Shown piece by piece: positions 19,569-28,879 of a stretch of 64,000 nucleotides of DNA; the stretch's first letter is position 1, and the number at the start of each line of letters is the position of its first letter. Under the pieces are notes generated by a model, which searched no databases, had not been told where the DNA came from, and worked only from the letters and a program-made list of their open reading frames with translations. This DNA comes from Gemmatimonadota bacterium (GTDB lineage Bacteria > Gemmatimonadota > Gemmatimonadetes > Palauibacterales > KS3-K002). The position numbers and the translations under genes are program-made. The DNA lies in the NCBI GenBank assembly GCA_039586795.1, contig JBDHJS010000025.1, forward strand, positions 1-64,000, given 5' to 3'.

Positions 19569-20834
19569 ATGCCCGAAGTGAAGAAAAACGAAGCTACTTC
19601 GATCGTGCTGATGCTGCTGGCACTGACACTCCTCACGGCGCCGGCGCTGGCTCAAGAGGCGTGGGACTCTAACACGGTGCCGTTCGATGAGCCGACCAGC
19701 TGGCAGCAGGCGGCGGTGAATGCGTTGATCCGACATTTGCCGCCTGACTCCGGCTACTTCGTCCTCGGTCCGCTGGACCGAACGGCGGACCTCCCCGACA
19801 CGCTGGACTACGTCCGCACGACGCTGCGGATCATCGCGCCCAACCTGCGCGCTTCACGTAACATCATCGGACACCTCTGGTTACCGACCGGCGGAGTGGC
19901 GTTGGAGGAGTTGCAGCCGTCAGACACGCTGATCATTCCTCACGCTTTACCGCCGGGTTACTCGGGCCGGTTCCTGAAAGGGACAATCGCTGGGGAGCAA
20001 ACCCTGATTCAGGTGTTCACGGTGAGGGAGCACCGCTGGCTGTTGTGGGCACAGCGAGCACAGGTCGAGGGCATCACCGAAGAAGTAGCCGGCCCGATAG
20101 CCCGCTACGCCGCTGCGGTCACCCGGCATCTCGTCGCCTTGGATAGCGGTCTCACCCGGCCGGGCGCGCCGAGAGCCAGGGACTACGGCCTCGAGCCCTT
20201 GTTCGATCTGTATGCCACGCCTCCCGGGCCTGTGATCAGGGATCGTGAGGGCTACGAACGGCTGCTCGCCGAGAACCGCGCGTTCTCGCTCGATGGTGTG
20301 GTCACCGATGTGGACGGTTTCGTGCCAAGTCTTTCGCTGGTCAGGCGGCTCGGGGAGAACGCCGATCCGGTGCTGTTCAATAACAAAGATGGCGAGATCG
20401 CGCTTCAACATCGGTATCGGAACTTCGAGGAGTCCGGCGGCCGCTGGTACGGTTATCCCGTGTTGAACTCCACCACCATCACACGTCTCCGGCCCGGTCG
20501 GTACATCTACATCTGCGATCGCTACGGGGTCATTCGCGTCGCTCCGGCACCGGCGGTCCCCATCAGCACCAGCGTAACCGCCGCCTTGCTCGCGCATGGA
20601 GAGCCGCTACGCGCCGCTGGCGAATTGGTCATCGAAGCGCCAGCGACGGAGCCCGTCCGCGTCTCTGAGATCAACGTCATGTCGGAGGAGTACTTCTTCA
20701 GCAACCTCTCGCTGACGTTGTACGAGGATGTGGAATTGCGCGGTAGCCGCTACGTGTCGGCCGTGGGCCATGTGCTGAGGGCGCTCGATCTCGGCCGCCT
20801 GTCAACAGAGGATATCCTGATTCGCAAGTACTGA
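19569..20834 (+). CDS. Hypothetical secreted protein
   Basis: Signal peptide ending PALA|QE; 421 aa ORF tightly packed with neighbours. Confidence 0.7.
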   Translation: MPEVKKNEATSIVLMLLALTLLTAPALAQEAWDSNTVPFDEPTSWQQAAVNALIRHLPPDSGYFVLGPLDRTADLPDTLDYVRTTLRIIAPNLRASRNIIGHLWLPTGGVALEELQPSDTLIIPHALPPGYSGRFLKGTIAGEQTLIQVFTVREHRWLLWAQRAQVEGITEEVAGPIARYAAAVTRHLVALDSGLTRPGAPRARDYGLEPLFDLYATPPGPVIRDREGYERLLAENRAFSLDGVVTDVDGFVPSLSLVRRLGENADPVLFNNKDGEIALQHRYRNFEESGGRWYGYPVLNSTTITRLRPGRYIYICDRYGVIRVAPAPAVPISTSVTAALLAHGEPLRAAGELVIEAPATEPVRVSEINVMSEEYFFSNLSLTLYEDVELRGSRYVSAVGHVLRALDLGRLSTEDILIRKY

Positions 20835-22291
20835 TGAAGTCAGGTATGCCGGGTTCGATCTTGAAGACAGCTTCACTCGTGGCCTGCGTCGTGATGGCAG
20901 GCGGTATGGCCGCGTGCTCGGCAGACCCCCTTTCGGTACAGCAGCCAATCGGCGCCATCGAACTCTCTTCCGATTACCTACCTCTCGTCGAGGGCTTCCG
21001 GTGGGCGAAGCAGACGGCGCTCGCCTACGCTTACGAGGGCGATCCGGTAGGGAAGTGGTTCGAAGCGGCGTTGCCGGGACGGGAAGCCTTCTGCATGCGC
21101 GACGCTTCTCACCAGGCGACCGGGGCGTTGGCTCTGGGACTTGCCGACCACACCAAGAACATGATGCGCAAGTTCGCACTCGGCATCGCCGAGTCGCGGG
21201 ACTGGTGCAGCTACTGGGAGATCGATCGCCACGATCGGCCCGCTCCCGTGGACTACCGAAGCGACGAGGATTTCTGGTACAACCTGCCCGCCAATTTCGA
21301 CGTCATCCAGGCCTGCTATCGGATTTACGAATGGACCGGCGATCGGGACTACCTGGACGACGAGGCCTTCCTCGAGTTCTACCGCCGCAGCCTCAACGAC
21401 TACATCGAGACATGGGATATCGATGGTGACGGCTTGATGGAAAGCCCGGCCGAGAACGGTATACGCGGCATCGCGACCTACTGGGAAGGCGGCGGACCCC
21501 GCGCGGCTACCGGTGGCGATCTCGTCGCGGCCCAGTACGCCGCCAACCTCGCCTACTCAAAAGTGCTCGCGTTACGCGGTGAGGCCGAGCAATCGGAGAC
21601 CTACGGTCGCGAAGCCGATCGACTGCGCGGTATGTACAACTCGGAATGGTGGGCCGCGGATTTCGGGCGCTTCTATACCTCCATTCTCGAGGATGGAACG
21701 TTCGATACGACGCACATACCGGCGATGCAGATCTTCCCCATGTACTTCGGCATCGTCTCTCCCGACCGTGCCGACCGGCTGTTCCGTGACCACAAGCCGG
21801 GTGTCAACGTCGAAGAGAACTCCTATCTCGCGGAGGTCTACTACGAGCACGGTCGAATTGAAGCGGCTTTCGATTTCCTGATGGCCCAGATGGATCCGAC
21901 TCTCGAGCGCCGCGACTACCCGGAGAATCCGTTCACAGCCGTCGGCGGTGTCGTGCGGTACCTGGCCGGTGTGCGGCCGATAGCCTCGGAGGCAGTCGTC
22001 GAAACGCGCTCACGCTTACCCGACGCCATCGGCTGGGTTCAGCTCGAGCATGTAACCGTGCTGGACAATCAGATCGGCGTTCGACACGAGAGCGATGCTG
22101 AGACCCGCTTTGTGAACGAATCGGGCGCCGCAATCCGCTGGCGTGCCGTCTTCCCGGGCGAGCACGGATCGCTGATCGTCGACGGCGCGCCGGTTGATGC
22201 GCAGGTGCGTCGGACGAGCTACGGAAGCTCCGAGAGCTTCGTCGAGTTGGTCATCGATCCAGGCGAAACCCGAACCGTCAAGGTCGAGTGA
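20834..22291 (+). CDS. Putative glycoside hydrolase lipoprotein ((alpha/alpha)6-barrel-like)
   Basis: Lipobox MAAC; REAFCMRD, YRIYEWTGDRDYL, WDIDGDGL, YPE motifs typical of six-hairpin glycosidases. Confidence 0.6.
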   Translation: MKSGMPGSILKTASLVACVVMAGGMAACSADPLSVQQPIGAIELSSDYLPLVEGFRWAKQTALAYAYEGDPVGKWFEAALPGREAFCMRDASHQATGALALGLADHTKNMMRKFALGIAESRDWCSYWEIDRHDRPAPVDYRSDEDFWYNLPANFDVIQACYRIYEWTGDRDYLDDEAFLEFYRRSLNDYIETWDIDGDGLMESPAENGIRGIATYWEGGGPRAATGGDLVAAQYAANLAYSKVLALRGEAEQSETYGREADRLRGMYNSEWWAADFGRFYTSILEDGTFDTTHIPAMQIFPMYFGIVSPDRADRLFRDHKPGVNVEENSYLAEVYYEHGRIEAAFDFLMAQMDPTLERRDYPENPFTAVGGVVRYLAGVRPIASEAVVETRSRLPDAIGWVQLEHVTVLDNQIGVRHESDAETRFVNESGAAIRWRAVFPGEHGSLIVDGAPVDAQVRRTSYGSSESFVELVIDPGETRTVKVE

Positions 22292-22292
22292 G

Positions 22293-22673
22293 ATGAACGA
22301 CAGGACGCGCCGGTTTTGGATCCGCCTTCGGCTCATTCTCATCCTGTTGCTCCCCGCGACGGCGAGCGTCGGCGGTCTGCTGGATGCGCGAAACACGATG
22401 AAGGTGGCGGCCACGTGGCCCGAGATGCTGGCCGTCCTGACCCAGCTTGCCTAAGTGTTCTTCGGTGCTCTGGCGATCCCGGCCATCCTGGCCAAGCACG
22501 CAGCGGCGAAGTGGGCGCTCATCGGCTGGAGCGTTATGGCCACGGCGACGGCCGCCCTCGCCACGCACGTCTGGGGTGGGTCCGGGCTTGGCACCACGCT
22601 GGCCTCGGGACTCGGCGCGGCAGGGCTTGCGGCGCTGATCGTTTGGGGTGGGATCGCCTCTGCAAGGACCTGA
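22293..22673 (+). pseudogene. Small membrane protein interrupted by an in-frame TAA (22452-22454)
   Basis: Two consecutive same-frame hydrophobic ORF halves separated by a single stop codon. Confidence 0.55.
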
Positions 22674-22719
22674 GCCAACCGTTATCTTGCCTATATACCT
22701 CCGTTAGGGAGCGGTTGCG

Positions 22720-23622
22720 GTGAGACGATACCGAATCTACCAGGTCGACGCTTTCACTACAGAGAAGTTCAGGGGTAATGCCGCAGGGGTGGTGCCCGAT
22801 GCCGACGGGCTTAGCGAAGATGAGATGCAGACCATCGCCCGGGAGCTCAACAACTCGGAGACCGCATTCCTATTGTCGCCAGCTGGGCCCGACCACGAAG
22901 TCTGGGTGCGCTTCTTCACGCCCACGACCGAAGTGCCCTCCTGCGGTCATGCGACCATCGCGGCGCACTACGTTCGCGCCATGGAGATGTCGCTGGCGCC
23001 GTGCACGGTGGTTCAGAAGATCGGCGTCGGCATCCTGCCGGTGGGGATCGAGAGAGATGACGCCGGCTACCGGATCGTCATGACCCAGGGCGCCATCGAG
23101 TTCGAGAAGCCGCTCTCGAGCGACCGAGCCGAGGAGATCATCGTTGCTCTGGGACTCGAGACCAGCGCGCTGGACGAACGCTGTCCCGTACAGGTGGTCT
23201 CTACCGGCCATTCCAAGGTCATGGTCGGGATTCGATCGCGAGCGGTTCTCGATTCCTTGAACCCGAACATGTCGGGTTTGGCCGAGATAAGTGGTCGAAT
23301 CGGTTGCAACGGGTACTACGTCTTCACGCTCGAGCCGGTGGCGGACGACGTGCTCGCCCATGGCCGGATGTTCGCGCCGGCGATCGGGATTCCCGAAGAC
23401 CCGGTGACGGGCAACGCCAACGGTCCTCTGGGAGCCTATCTGGCCCATCATAAGCTGGCAGAACCACAGGAAGGCGTCCTTTCGTTTCGGGGGCGGCAAG
23501 GCGAGGCGATCGGTCGGGCCGGCACCGTCGAGGTCGAAGTCGAGGTCGAGGACGGCGAGCCTTCGGTGGTAAGAGTGGCGGGTCGCGCCGTCATAGCATT
23601 CCAGTCCGAAATCGAACTCTGA
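22720..23622 (+). CDS. PhzF/YddE-family isomerase
   Basis: YQVDAFT, GNAAGVV, NNSETAF, RFFTPTTEVPSCGHATI, EDPVTGNA. Confidence 0.93.
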   Translation: MRRYRIYQVDAFTTEKFRGNAAGVVPDADGLSEDEMQTIARELNNSETAFLLSPAGPDHEVWVRFFTPTTEVPSCGHATIAAHYVRAMEMSLAPCTVVQKIGVGILPVGIERDDAGYRIVMTQGAIEFEKPLSSDRAEEIIVALGLETSALDERCPVQVVSTGHSKVMVGIRSRAVLDSLNPNMSGLAEISGRIGCNGYYVFTLEPVADDVLAHGRMFAPAIGIPEDPVTGNANGPLGAYLAHHKLAEPQEGVLSFRGRQGEAIGRAGTVEVEVEVEDGEPSVVRVAGRAVIAFQSEIEL

Positions 23623-23635
23623 AGATGATGATCGT

Positions 23636-24049
23636 ATGCCGCACCTGACCCTGGAGTACACGGCGAACATTCAGCGCGAAATCGAATTCGAGGAGCTGTT
23701 CTGCCGATTGCACGATGTGCTCGCCGACGTCGGCGGCATCAAGAAGGAGAACTGCAAGAGCCGGGCAGTCCAGCGCGACCGGTTCTACTTGGGGGATGGT
23801 GATGAGTCGGGGTTCGTTCACCTCGACGTTCGGTTCCTCGAGGGGCGGGCCCCCGATGTGAAGCAGGTGATCGGAGCCACCATCCTGTCGGTCTTGCTCG
23901 AATACTATGTTGCGGGTGAGGAAGAATTCGCTCCGCAGATCACTGTAGAGATCCGCGATATCGAACGCGCGGCATACTTCAAGTACCCTGAAGGCACTCT
24001 CGAGCGCCCGAGGGAGGCCGATTCAGGCGACCCAAGGCACAGCAGATAG
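23636..24049 (+). CDS. 5-carboxymethyl-2-hydroxymuconate isomerase family (tautomerase)
   Basis: N-terminal MPHLTLEYTAN (catalytic Pro), KSRA, FVHLDVRFLEGR. Confidence 0.85.
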   Translation: MPHLTLEYTANIQREIEFEELFCRLHDVLADVGGIKKENCKSRAVQRDRFYLGDGDESGFVHLDVRFLEGRAPDVKQVIGATILSVLLEYYVAGEEEFAPQITVEIRDIERAAYFKYPEGTLERPREADSGDPRHSR

Positions 24050-24790
24050 CATAGGACGACGACCACGAACGAACGACGCTATTCCGAGAACGAGTTCGCG
24101 CTGATCCTGCGTAAGGCATTCGAGCTACAGGAGAGAAGAAGCGCTGGCCAGCTGGCAGATCCCGCTGACGGACTGTCGCTCAGAGAGATCCAGGCTGTGG
24201 CGCAGGAGGTCGGTCTGGATCCGGCGCTGATCGAGCAAGCCGCTGCCGTCTTGCCGGCTGAACCTCGGAGCACGGCCGCCCGCATACTCGGCGGTCCCGA
24301 CAAGTATCAAATGCAGTACAGCGTGCCGGTCGAGCTCTCGAGCGAGGGCCAGCGAAAGGTGATCGACGCGGTTCGTCAGGCGACGGGCCATCATGGCAAG
24401 GTCGAGGAAGTCATGGGCTCGCTGGAGTGGCAGACGGTCGGCGAGGTCAGCGTGATACAAATGACGGTGAGCCCGAGCGAGGGGAGCACCACTGTTCGCG
24501 TGCTCGTCAACCGCGGGCCGGCCGGCGGGCTCCAGTACGGTCTGACGATGGTCGCTGGATTCGCCGGCATGGGAATCGTCGGTGCGATACTCGAGCCAAC
24601 GACTGCCGCCGGGATCATCGGCGTCGTGGTGGGCACGCTCGGCACGGCAGCCATCACCGCGCGCACGATCTGGGCGACGACGACCAAGAGCTTCCGTAAG
24701 AAACTGAATCACCTGATGAGCGCGGCATCGCGGGCCGCGGACGAGGCCGCCGAGGCGGCGAGCGCGCGTGAGGAGTCCAACGAGGGATGA
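24050..24790 (+). CDS. Hypothetical membrane protein homologous to the kinase C-terminal domain; no canonical start before the conserved region
   Basis: Frame is open from 24050 (RRYSENEFALILRKAFELQ...GLSLREIQAVAQEVGLDP); first GTG is at 24197, inside the homologous region. Confidence 0.7.
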   Translation, partial: HRTTTTNERRYSENEFALILRKAFELQERRSAGQLADPADGLSLREIQAVAQEVGLDPALIEQAAAVLPAEPRSTAARILGGPDKYQMQYSVPVELSSEGQRKVIDAVRQATGHHGKVEEVMGSLEWQTVGEVSVIQMTVSPSEGSTTVRVLVNRGPAGGLQYGLTMVAGFAGMGIVGAILEPTTAAGIIGVVVGTLGTAAITARTIWATTTKSFRKKLNHLMSAASRAADEAAEAASAREESNEG

Positions 24791-24797
24791 CCGCAGC

Positions 24798-25184
24798 ATG
24801 GCGAACAGCGATGAGTCTCGACTGAGAGAGGTGAATCCCGTCATCCCGGTGCGGGATATGGCCCTCACCCTGGCGTACTACGAGGAGAAGCTGGGCTTCG
24901 GGCGCGCCTTCGATAACGCTGATGACCCGGATGGCCCCATCGACTACGCGGGTGTTCAGCGCGACGGTCTGACGCTGCACCTGCAGGCCATGTCGGAAGG
25001 TGAAGGTCCGACCATGCCGCTGATCCGCATACGCGTCGACAACATCGAGCCGCTGTACGAGGAGTACGCGGCGATGGGAGTCGTGGCGCCAGGCGGACAC
25101 CTCGAGGCGAAGCCCTGGGGTACCCGGGAGTTCGGCCTCTACGATCCTAATTCGGCGGCCCTCATCTTCTACGAAGACCTGTAG
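24798..25184 (+). CDS. VOC/glyoxalase/bleomycin-resistance family protein
   Basis: PVIPVRDM..TLAYYEEKLGF, KPWGTREFGLYDPNS. Confidence 0.88.
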   Translation: MANSDESRLREVNPVIPVRDMALTLAYYEEKLGFGRAFDNADDPDGPIDYAGVQRDGLTLHLQAMSEGEGPTMPLIRIRVDNIEPLYEEYAAMGVVAPGGHLEAKPWGTREFGLYDPNSAALIFYEDL

Positions 25185-25214
25185 CTCGTACTGCGACTGT
25201 CTTTAGTTTCGGCT

Positions 25215-25826
25215 ATGCGTCGACAGCATCACTGGGAAAAGGTCTATCGGACCAGCGACGAGACGCAGGTCAGCTGGTACCAGGCTGACCCCGAGATATC
25301 GTTGCGGCTGGTGGAGGCGGCCTGTTCGGACCGGGAGGCGCGGATCCTCGATGCCGGGGGCGGCACGTCGAGGCTGGTCGATCGACTGCTCGAGCGCGGC
25401 TACCGGCATGTCGGTGTGCTGGACGTCTCGGGCGCTGCCATCGAGATCGCCCAGAAACGACTTGGCGAACGGGCGATAGAAGTCGAGTGGTTCGTCAGCG
25501 ATGTCATCGGCTTCCACACGCTGCATCCCTGGGACGTCTGGCACGATCGTGCCGTGTTTCATTTCCTCGACTCGGAGTCCGATCGACTCGACTATCGCGC
25601 GTCAATCTCGAGCGCGCTGGCCGCGGGCGGCCAGTTGGTGATCGGTACCTTCGGTCCCGAAGGCCCAGAGCGGTGCAGCGGCCTCGATGTGACTCGCTAC
25701 AGCGCCGACCGCCTGGCGGACGAGTTGGGCGACGAGTTCGAGTTGCTGCACGAAGAGCTGGTCGATCACAGCACACCCGGCGGCGCCATCCAGCAGTTTC
25801 TGTTCTGCCGTTTCCTCCGCAAGTAG
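25215..25826 (+). CDS. Class I SAM-dependent methyltransferase
   Basis: HWEKVY, VSWYQ, LDAGGGTS, WHDRAVFHFL, GPERCSGL. Confidence 0.9.
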   Translation: MRRQHHWEKVYRTSDETQVSWYQADPEISLRLVEAACSDREARILDAGGGTSRLVDRLLERGYRHVGVLDVSGAAIEIAQKRLGERAIEVEWFVSDVIGFHTLHPWDVWHDRAVFHFLDSESDRLDYRASISSALAAGGQLVIGTFGPEGPERCSGLDVTRYSADRLADELGDEFELLHEELVDHSTPGGAIQQFLFCRFLRK

Positions 25827-25857
25827 ATTTGCCGGGCCCTGACTTTCTTCTGACTGG

Positions 25858-27141
25858 ATGACAATGCTGAGAAGAACCACGCTTGCGCCGCTAGCGCTAT
25901 TCGTTCTGGCTACTGCGTGCATGGGCCAGAGCTTTTCGTACGAGGCCACGTTCGACGAGGTCTGGCAGACGATCAACAGCCGCTTCTACGATCCGAACTT
26001 CGGCGGCGTCGATTGGGACGAAATCGGAGTGCGTTACCGACCGCGCGTCGTCGGCGCCGACAGCGACTCCGCTTTCTACGTGACGCTGAACGAGATGCTG
26101 TTCGAGCTCGGCGTCTCCCATATCGGAGTGATCCCGCCGGACCATCCCGAGTGGATCGGCGCGCCGGCGGTCTTCGCCGACGGAGAAGTCGGCGCCGATG
26201 TGCGGATCCTGAACGACGAGATCGTCATCATCTCGGTCAAGCCCGACTCGCCGGCCGAGGCCGCCGGACTCCGAGCGGGGATGGTCATCCAGCGCATCGA
26301 TGGCCTCATGTTGGCCGAGATGCGAGCCGAGGCTTTGGCGCCACCTGTGGCGGCGATCGATACGAGGATGATCGTCAACGAGAACGTACAGGGCCGACTC
26401 TACGGCCCCAGCGAAGCGGAGGTGACCGTCGAGATCGGCCGCGGGGAGGAGACCAGAGCGATGACGCTTCGTCGTCAGCCGCGGCCGGGTCGCACCGAGT
26501 TCATGGAGGGCATTCCCCCCATGTATCTGGAGTTCGAGTCGCGGCGCATCACGGGACGGTTCGGCTACATTCGATTCAACTCGTTCCACGCGGCGCTCCT
26601 CGATGACATTCTCGACGCGATCGATGGGATGCAGGACGCGGAAGGAATCGTGATCGACCTGCGAGGTAACCCGGGCGGTGATTTCCGGGTCCGGCGCGCG
26701 TTGGTGGAGAAGCTGGTTGCCGAGCCGGTGCGCTTCTGGACCTACCGGGGCCGCAACGGCGATGACGTGATCCGCGTGGAGCCTCACCCGCGCCCCTACA
26801 CGGGCGCGGTGGCGATCATCGTCGACCGAACCAGCGCGTCCTCCAGCGAGGAGTTCTCCGGCGGACTTCAGGCGATAGAGCGTGCGGCGGTGGTGGGAGA
26901 GCGAACGCCGGGAAGCGTTCTCGTGGCTGACGTCGTACAGCTGGAGAACGGTGCGACGCTGGTCTATCCCGTGGCGGAGACGCGGGTCGCGGACGGAACC
27001 GTACTCGAAGGTCGCGGCGTCATCCCTGACATCCCAATCGAGCTCGACATCGAGTCCCTGTCCGAAGGTCGGGACGTCCAGCTCGAGGCGGCGCTCGGCT
27101 ATCTGCGCGAGGCTACGCGTCGCGGTGGCTCACCCGACTGA
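25858..27141 (+). CDS. S41-family peptidase with PDZ domain
   Basis: IDLRGNPGG, SASSSEEF, VGERTPG, LEGRGVIPD, DVQLEAA; N-terminal signal/lipobox. Confidence 0.9.
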   Translation: MTMLRRTTLAPLALFVLATACMGQSFSYEATFDEVWQTINSRFYDPNFGGVDWDEIGVRYRPRVVGADSDSAFYVTLNEMLFELGVSHIGVIPPDHPEWIGAPAVFADGEVGADVRILNDEIVIISVKPDSPAEAAGLRAGMVIQRIDGLMLAEMRAEALAPPVAAIDTRMIVNENVQGRLYGPSEAEVTVEIGRGEETRAMTLRRQPRPGRTEFMEGIPPMYLEFESRRITGRFGYIRFNSFHAALLDDILDAIDGMQDAEGIVIDLRGNPGGDFRVRRALVEKLVAEPVRFWTYRGRNGDDVIRVEPHPRPYTGAVAIIVDRTSASSSEEFSGGLQAIERAAVVGERTPGSVLVADVVQLENGATLVYPVAETRVADGTVLEGRGVIPDIPIELDIESLSEGRDVQLEAALGYLREATRRGGSPD

Positions 27142-27688
27142 CGAGACCGCGGCAGCGTCGGTGGAGTTTCGACCGTTCTCCCAGGGCACGCGAGGTCTTG
27201 TGTTTGACGTGCTGCGCCGCAGCTATCAGAAGCTGCTGGACGAGTTGCCGGATGCGAAAGTCGAGGAACTGGTCCTCGATTGGCGAGCTTACGATGATGC
27301 GGTATTCGATGAGCCGGACACGGTGGGCGACTGCGGCTTCTTCACATGCTTGGGCGACGAGTTCATCGGGTTCGCCTCATGGAACCCGCTCGACTGGCCC
27401 GAGACCGCGGTCATCGGCCACAACTGCATCTTGCCGGACCACCAGGGCCGGGGCTACGGTAAACGCCAGGTCACGGAACTCGTCGCGCGGTTCACCCGAT
27501 CGGGCTTCGAGAAGGTGAGCGTTGAGACCGACGAGCATCCGTTCTTTGCGCCGGCACGTCGCATGTACGAGAAGTGCGGTTTCGAGGAAGTCGGCCGCCG
27601 CCCGGGTGTGCTGATTGAAACGTGCGAGATGATCGAGTACGAGAAGCGACTGGAGGACGCGGCAGCGAATGGCGACGACAGCAGCTGA
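27125..27688 (+). CDS. GNAT-family N-acetyltransferase
   Basis: HNCILPDHQGRGYG motif A, PARRMYEKCGF; start estimated. Confidence 0.82.
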   Translation: MAHPTDETAAASVEFRPFSQGTRGLVFDVLRRSYQKLLDELPDAKVEELVLDWRAYDDAVFDEPDTVGDCGFFTCLGDEFIGFASWNPLDWPETAVIGHNCILPDHQGRGYGKRQVTELVARFTRSGFEKVSVETDEHPFFAPARRMYEKCGFEEVGRRPGVLIETCEMIEYEKRLEDAAANGDDSS

Positions 27689-27980
27689 TCTGGCACAGCG
27701 GCTTGCCGAGCAGCCGATAGTCCCGATGCCGGCGACGGAGTGGGCGGAGCTGACTTCGCAGGTAGAGATCGTCGAGCGCCACGCCACGCTGGTGGCCGGG
27801 GATCTGCTGATCGTGCGGATCGGAGGACTCCTCGCCGCGGTGGAAGAACCGAAACCGGACGAGCGGGTCGTTCGCCGCCTGGCGGACGACGATGAAGCGC
27901 GAAGTTTCGTGGAAGGGCGGCTCGAGCAGTACGAGCGGATGTGGGACGGCTGCGGCTGCAAGATCGAGTACTACAAATGA
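27669..27980 (+). CDS. Hypothetical protein
   Basis: 103 aa ORF overlapping its neighbours; C-terminal YERMWDGCGCKIEYY. Confidence 0.7.
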   Translation: MATTAADLAQRLAEQPIVPMPATEWAELTSQVEIVERHATLVAGDLLIVRIGGLLAAVEEPKPDERVVRRLADDDEARSFVEGRLEQYERMWDGCGCKIEYYK

Positions 27981-28351
27981 ACGCTTCCCGACCGATGGGC
28001 ATCACCCTGCTCGCGATCGTGCTCACAGGAACCGCGATCGGCGGCGCCGTCGCCAGCGTGCTGTTCACCCGGTACCTGAATGTCGGCTATTCAGGCCCGA
28101 TACTCTTGGCCGTCAGCGTCTGCTACTCTGCCTGCGCCCTGGCCAGCGCCTTCTACCTCTGGCGGATGCAACGCTCCGGGCTGAGATATTTCTATGCGTG
28201 GGGTGCGCTGGCCTTGGTCTTCACGGTACTGATGATGTCGACGCCGGAGCGGGCGTCGTGGCAGATGCCGCTGGCCGTCCTGGGTGCTGCGGTGGCCGTC
28301 CTGGTGTTGGGCGCGTACGTAAACCGTTCTTTGAAGGACGTAGGAAAGTGA
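27977..28351 (+). CDS. Hypothetical membrane protein
   Basis: ATGA overlap with upstream gene, RPMGITLLA start, four hydrophobic helices. Confidence 0.7.
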   Translation: MNASRPMGITLLAIVLTGTAIGGAVASVLFTRYLNVGYSGPILLAVSVCYSACALASAFYLWRMQRSGLRYFYAWGALALVFTVLMMSTPERASWQMPLAVLGAAVAVLVLGAYVNRSLKDVGK

Positions 28352-28713
28352 TGAGCGAATTCAGCGCGGCACCGGTAAAGCCCTCAATCTCGATCGACGA
28401 TCTCGCGAAGATAGATGTCCGGGTCGGCACGATCGAGCGGGTCGAAGACATCGAGAAGTCGGACAAGCTGGTGAAGCTCAGCGTGAACTTCGGCGATCAC
28501 ACCCGCACCATCCTCGCCGGCGTCAAGCAGGAACGGGAGAACCCTGCCGAACTCGAAGGCGCGCAAGCGTTGTTCGTCATCAATCTCGAGCCGCGCAAGA
28601 TGATGGGCGAGCTATCGGAGGGGATGCTGTTCGACATCGGGTACCCGGACGGCATCAAGCCCGCGCTCGCCGTGCCGGAACGCAGCGTCCCCAACGGGGC
28701 GCGGTTGGGGTAG
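28351..28713 (+). CDS. csaA: tRNA-binding OB-fold protein (CsaA/Trbp111 family), intact copy
   Basis: IDVRVGTI, RTILAG, NLEPRKMMGELSEGM. Confidence 0.88.
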   Translation: MSEFSAAPVKPSISIDDLAKIDVRVGTIERVEDIEKSDKLVKLSVNFGDHTRTILAGVKQERENPAELEGAQALFVINLEPRKMMGELSEGMLFDIGYPDGIKPALAVPERSVPNGARLG

Positions 28714-28819
28714 CCATTCAGAGAGCCTTCGGCCCATCTTTCTTGATCGTGGACGAGCAACCCAAGTCGCTGTCCCCTGGAGACAGGCAGACGTTGCTGC
28801 AAGTCGCCCGGCTCGCCCT
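28381..28819 (+). repeat. Long direct repeat, left copy (csaA body plus 5' end of AMMECR1 gene)
   Basis: Aligns by eye with 32467-32904. Confidence 0.92.
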
Positions 28820-28820
28820 T
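28749..28820 (+). pseudogene. Truncated 5' fragment of the AMMECR1-domain gene
   Basis: VDEQPKSLSPGDRQTLLQVARLAL matches the start of 32834-33394, then homology ends. Confidence 0.85.
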
Positions 28821-28879
28821 CCACTCGTCGACGCGTGCACATGTAGATGTGGTGTGAACGCTCTTTGTACTACTCCTGG

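Noticed and set aside
22674..22719. Possible integron attC site (CCAAC...GTTAGGG) in the accessory run
   Set aside because: Too short, imperfect core sites, not repeated between other genes, no integrase; most genes in the run overlap or abut
23527..23550. GTCGAG tandem repeat in the PhzF gene
   Set aside because: Encodes a VEVEVEVE beta-strand; ordinary coding low complexity
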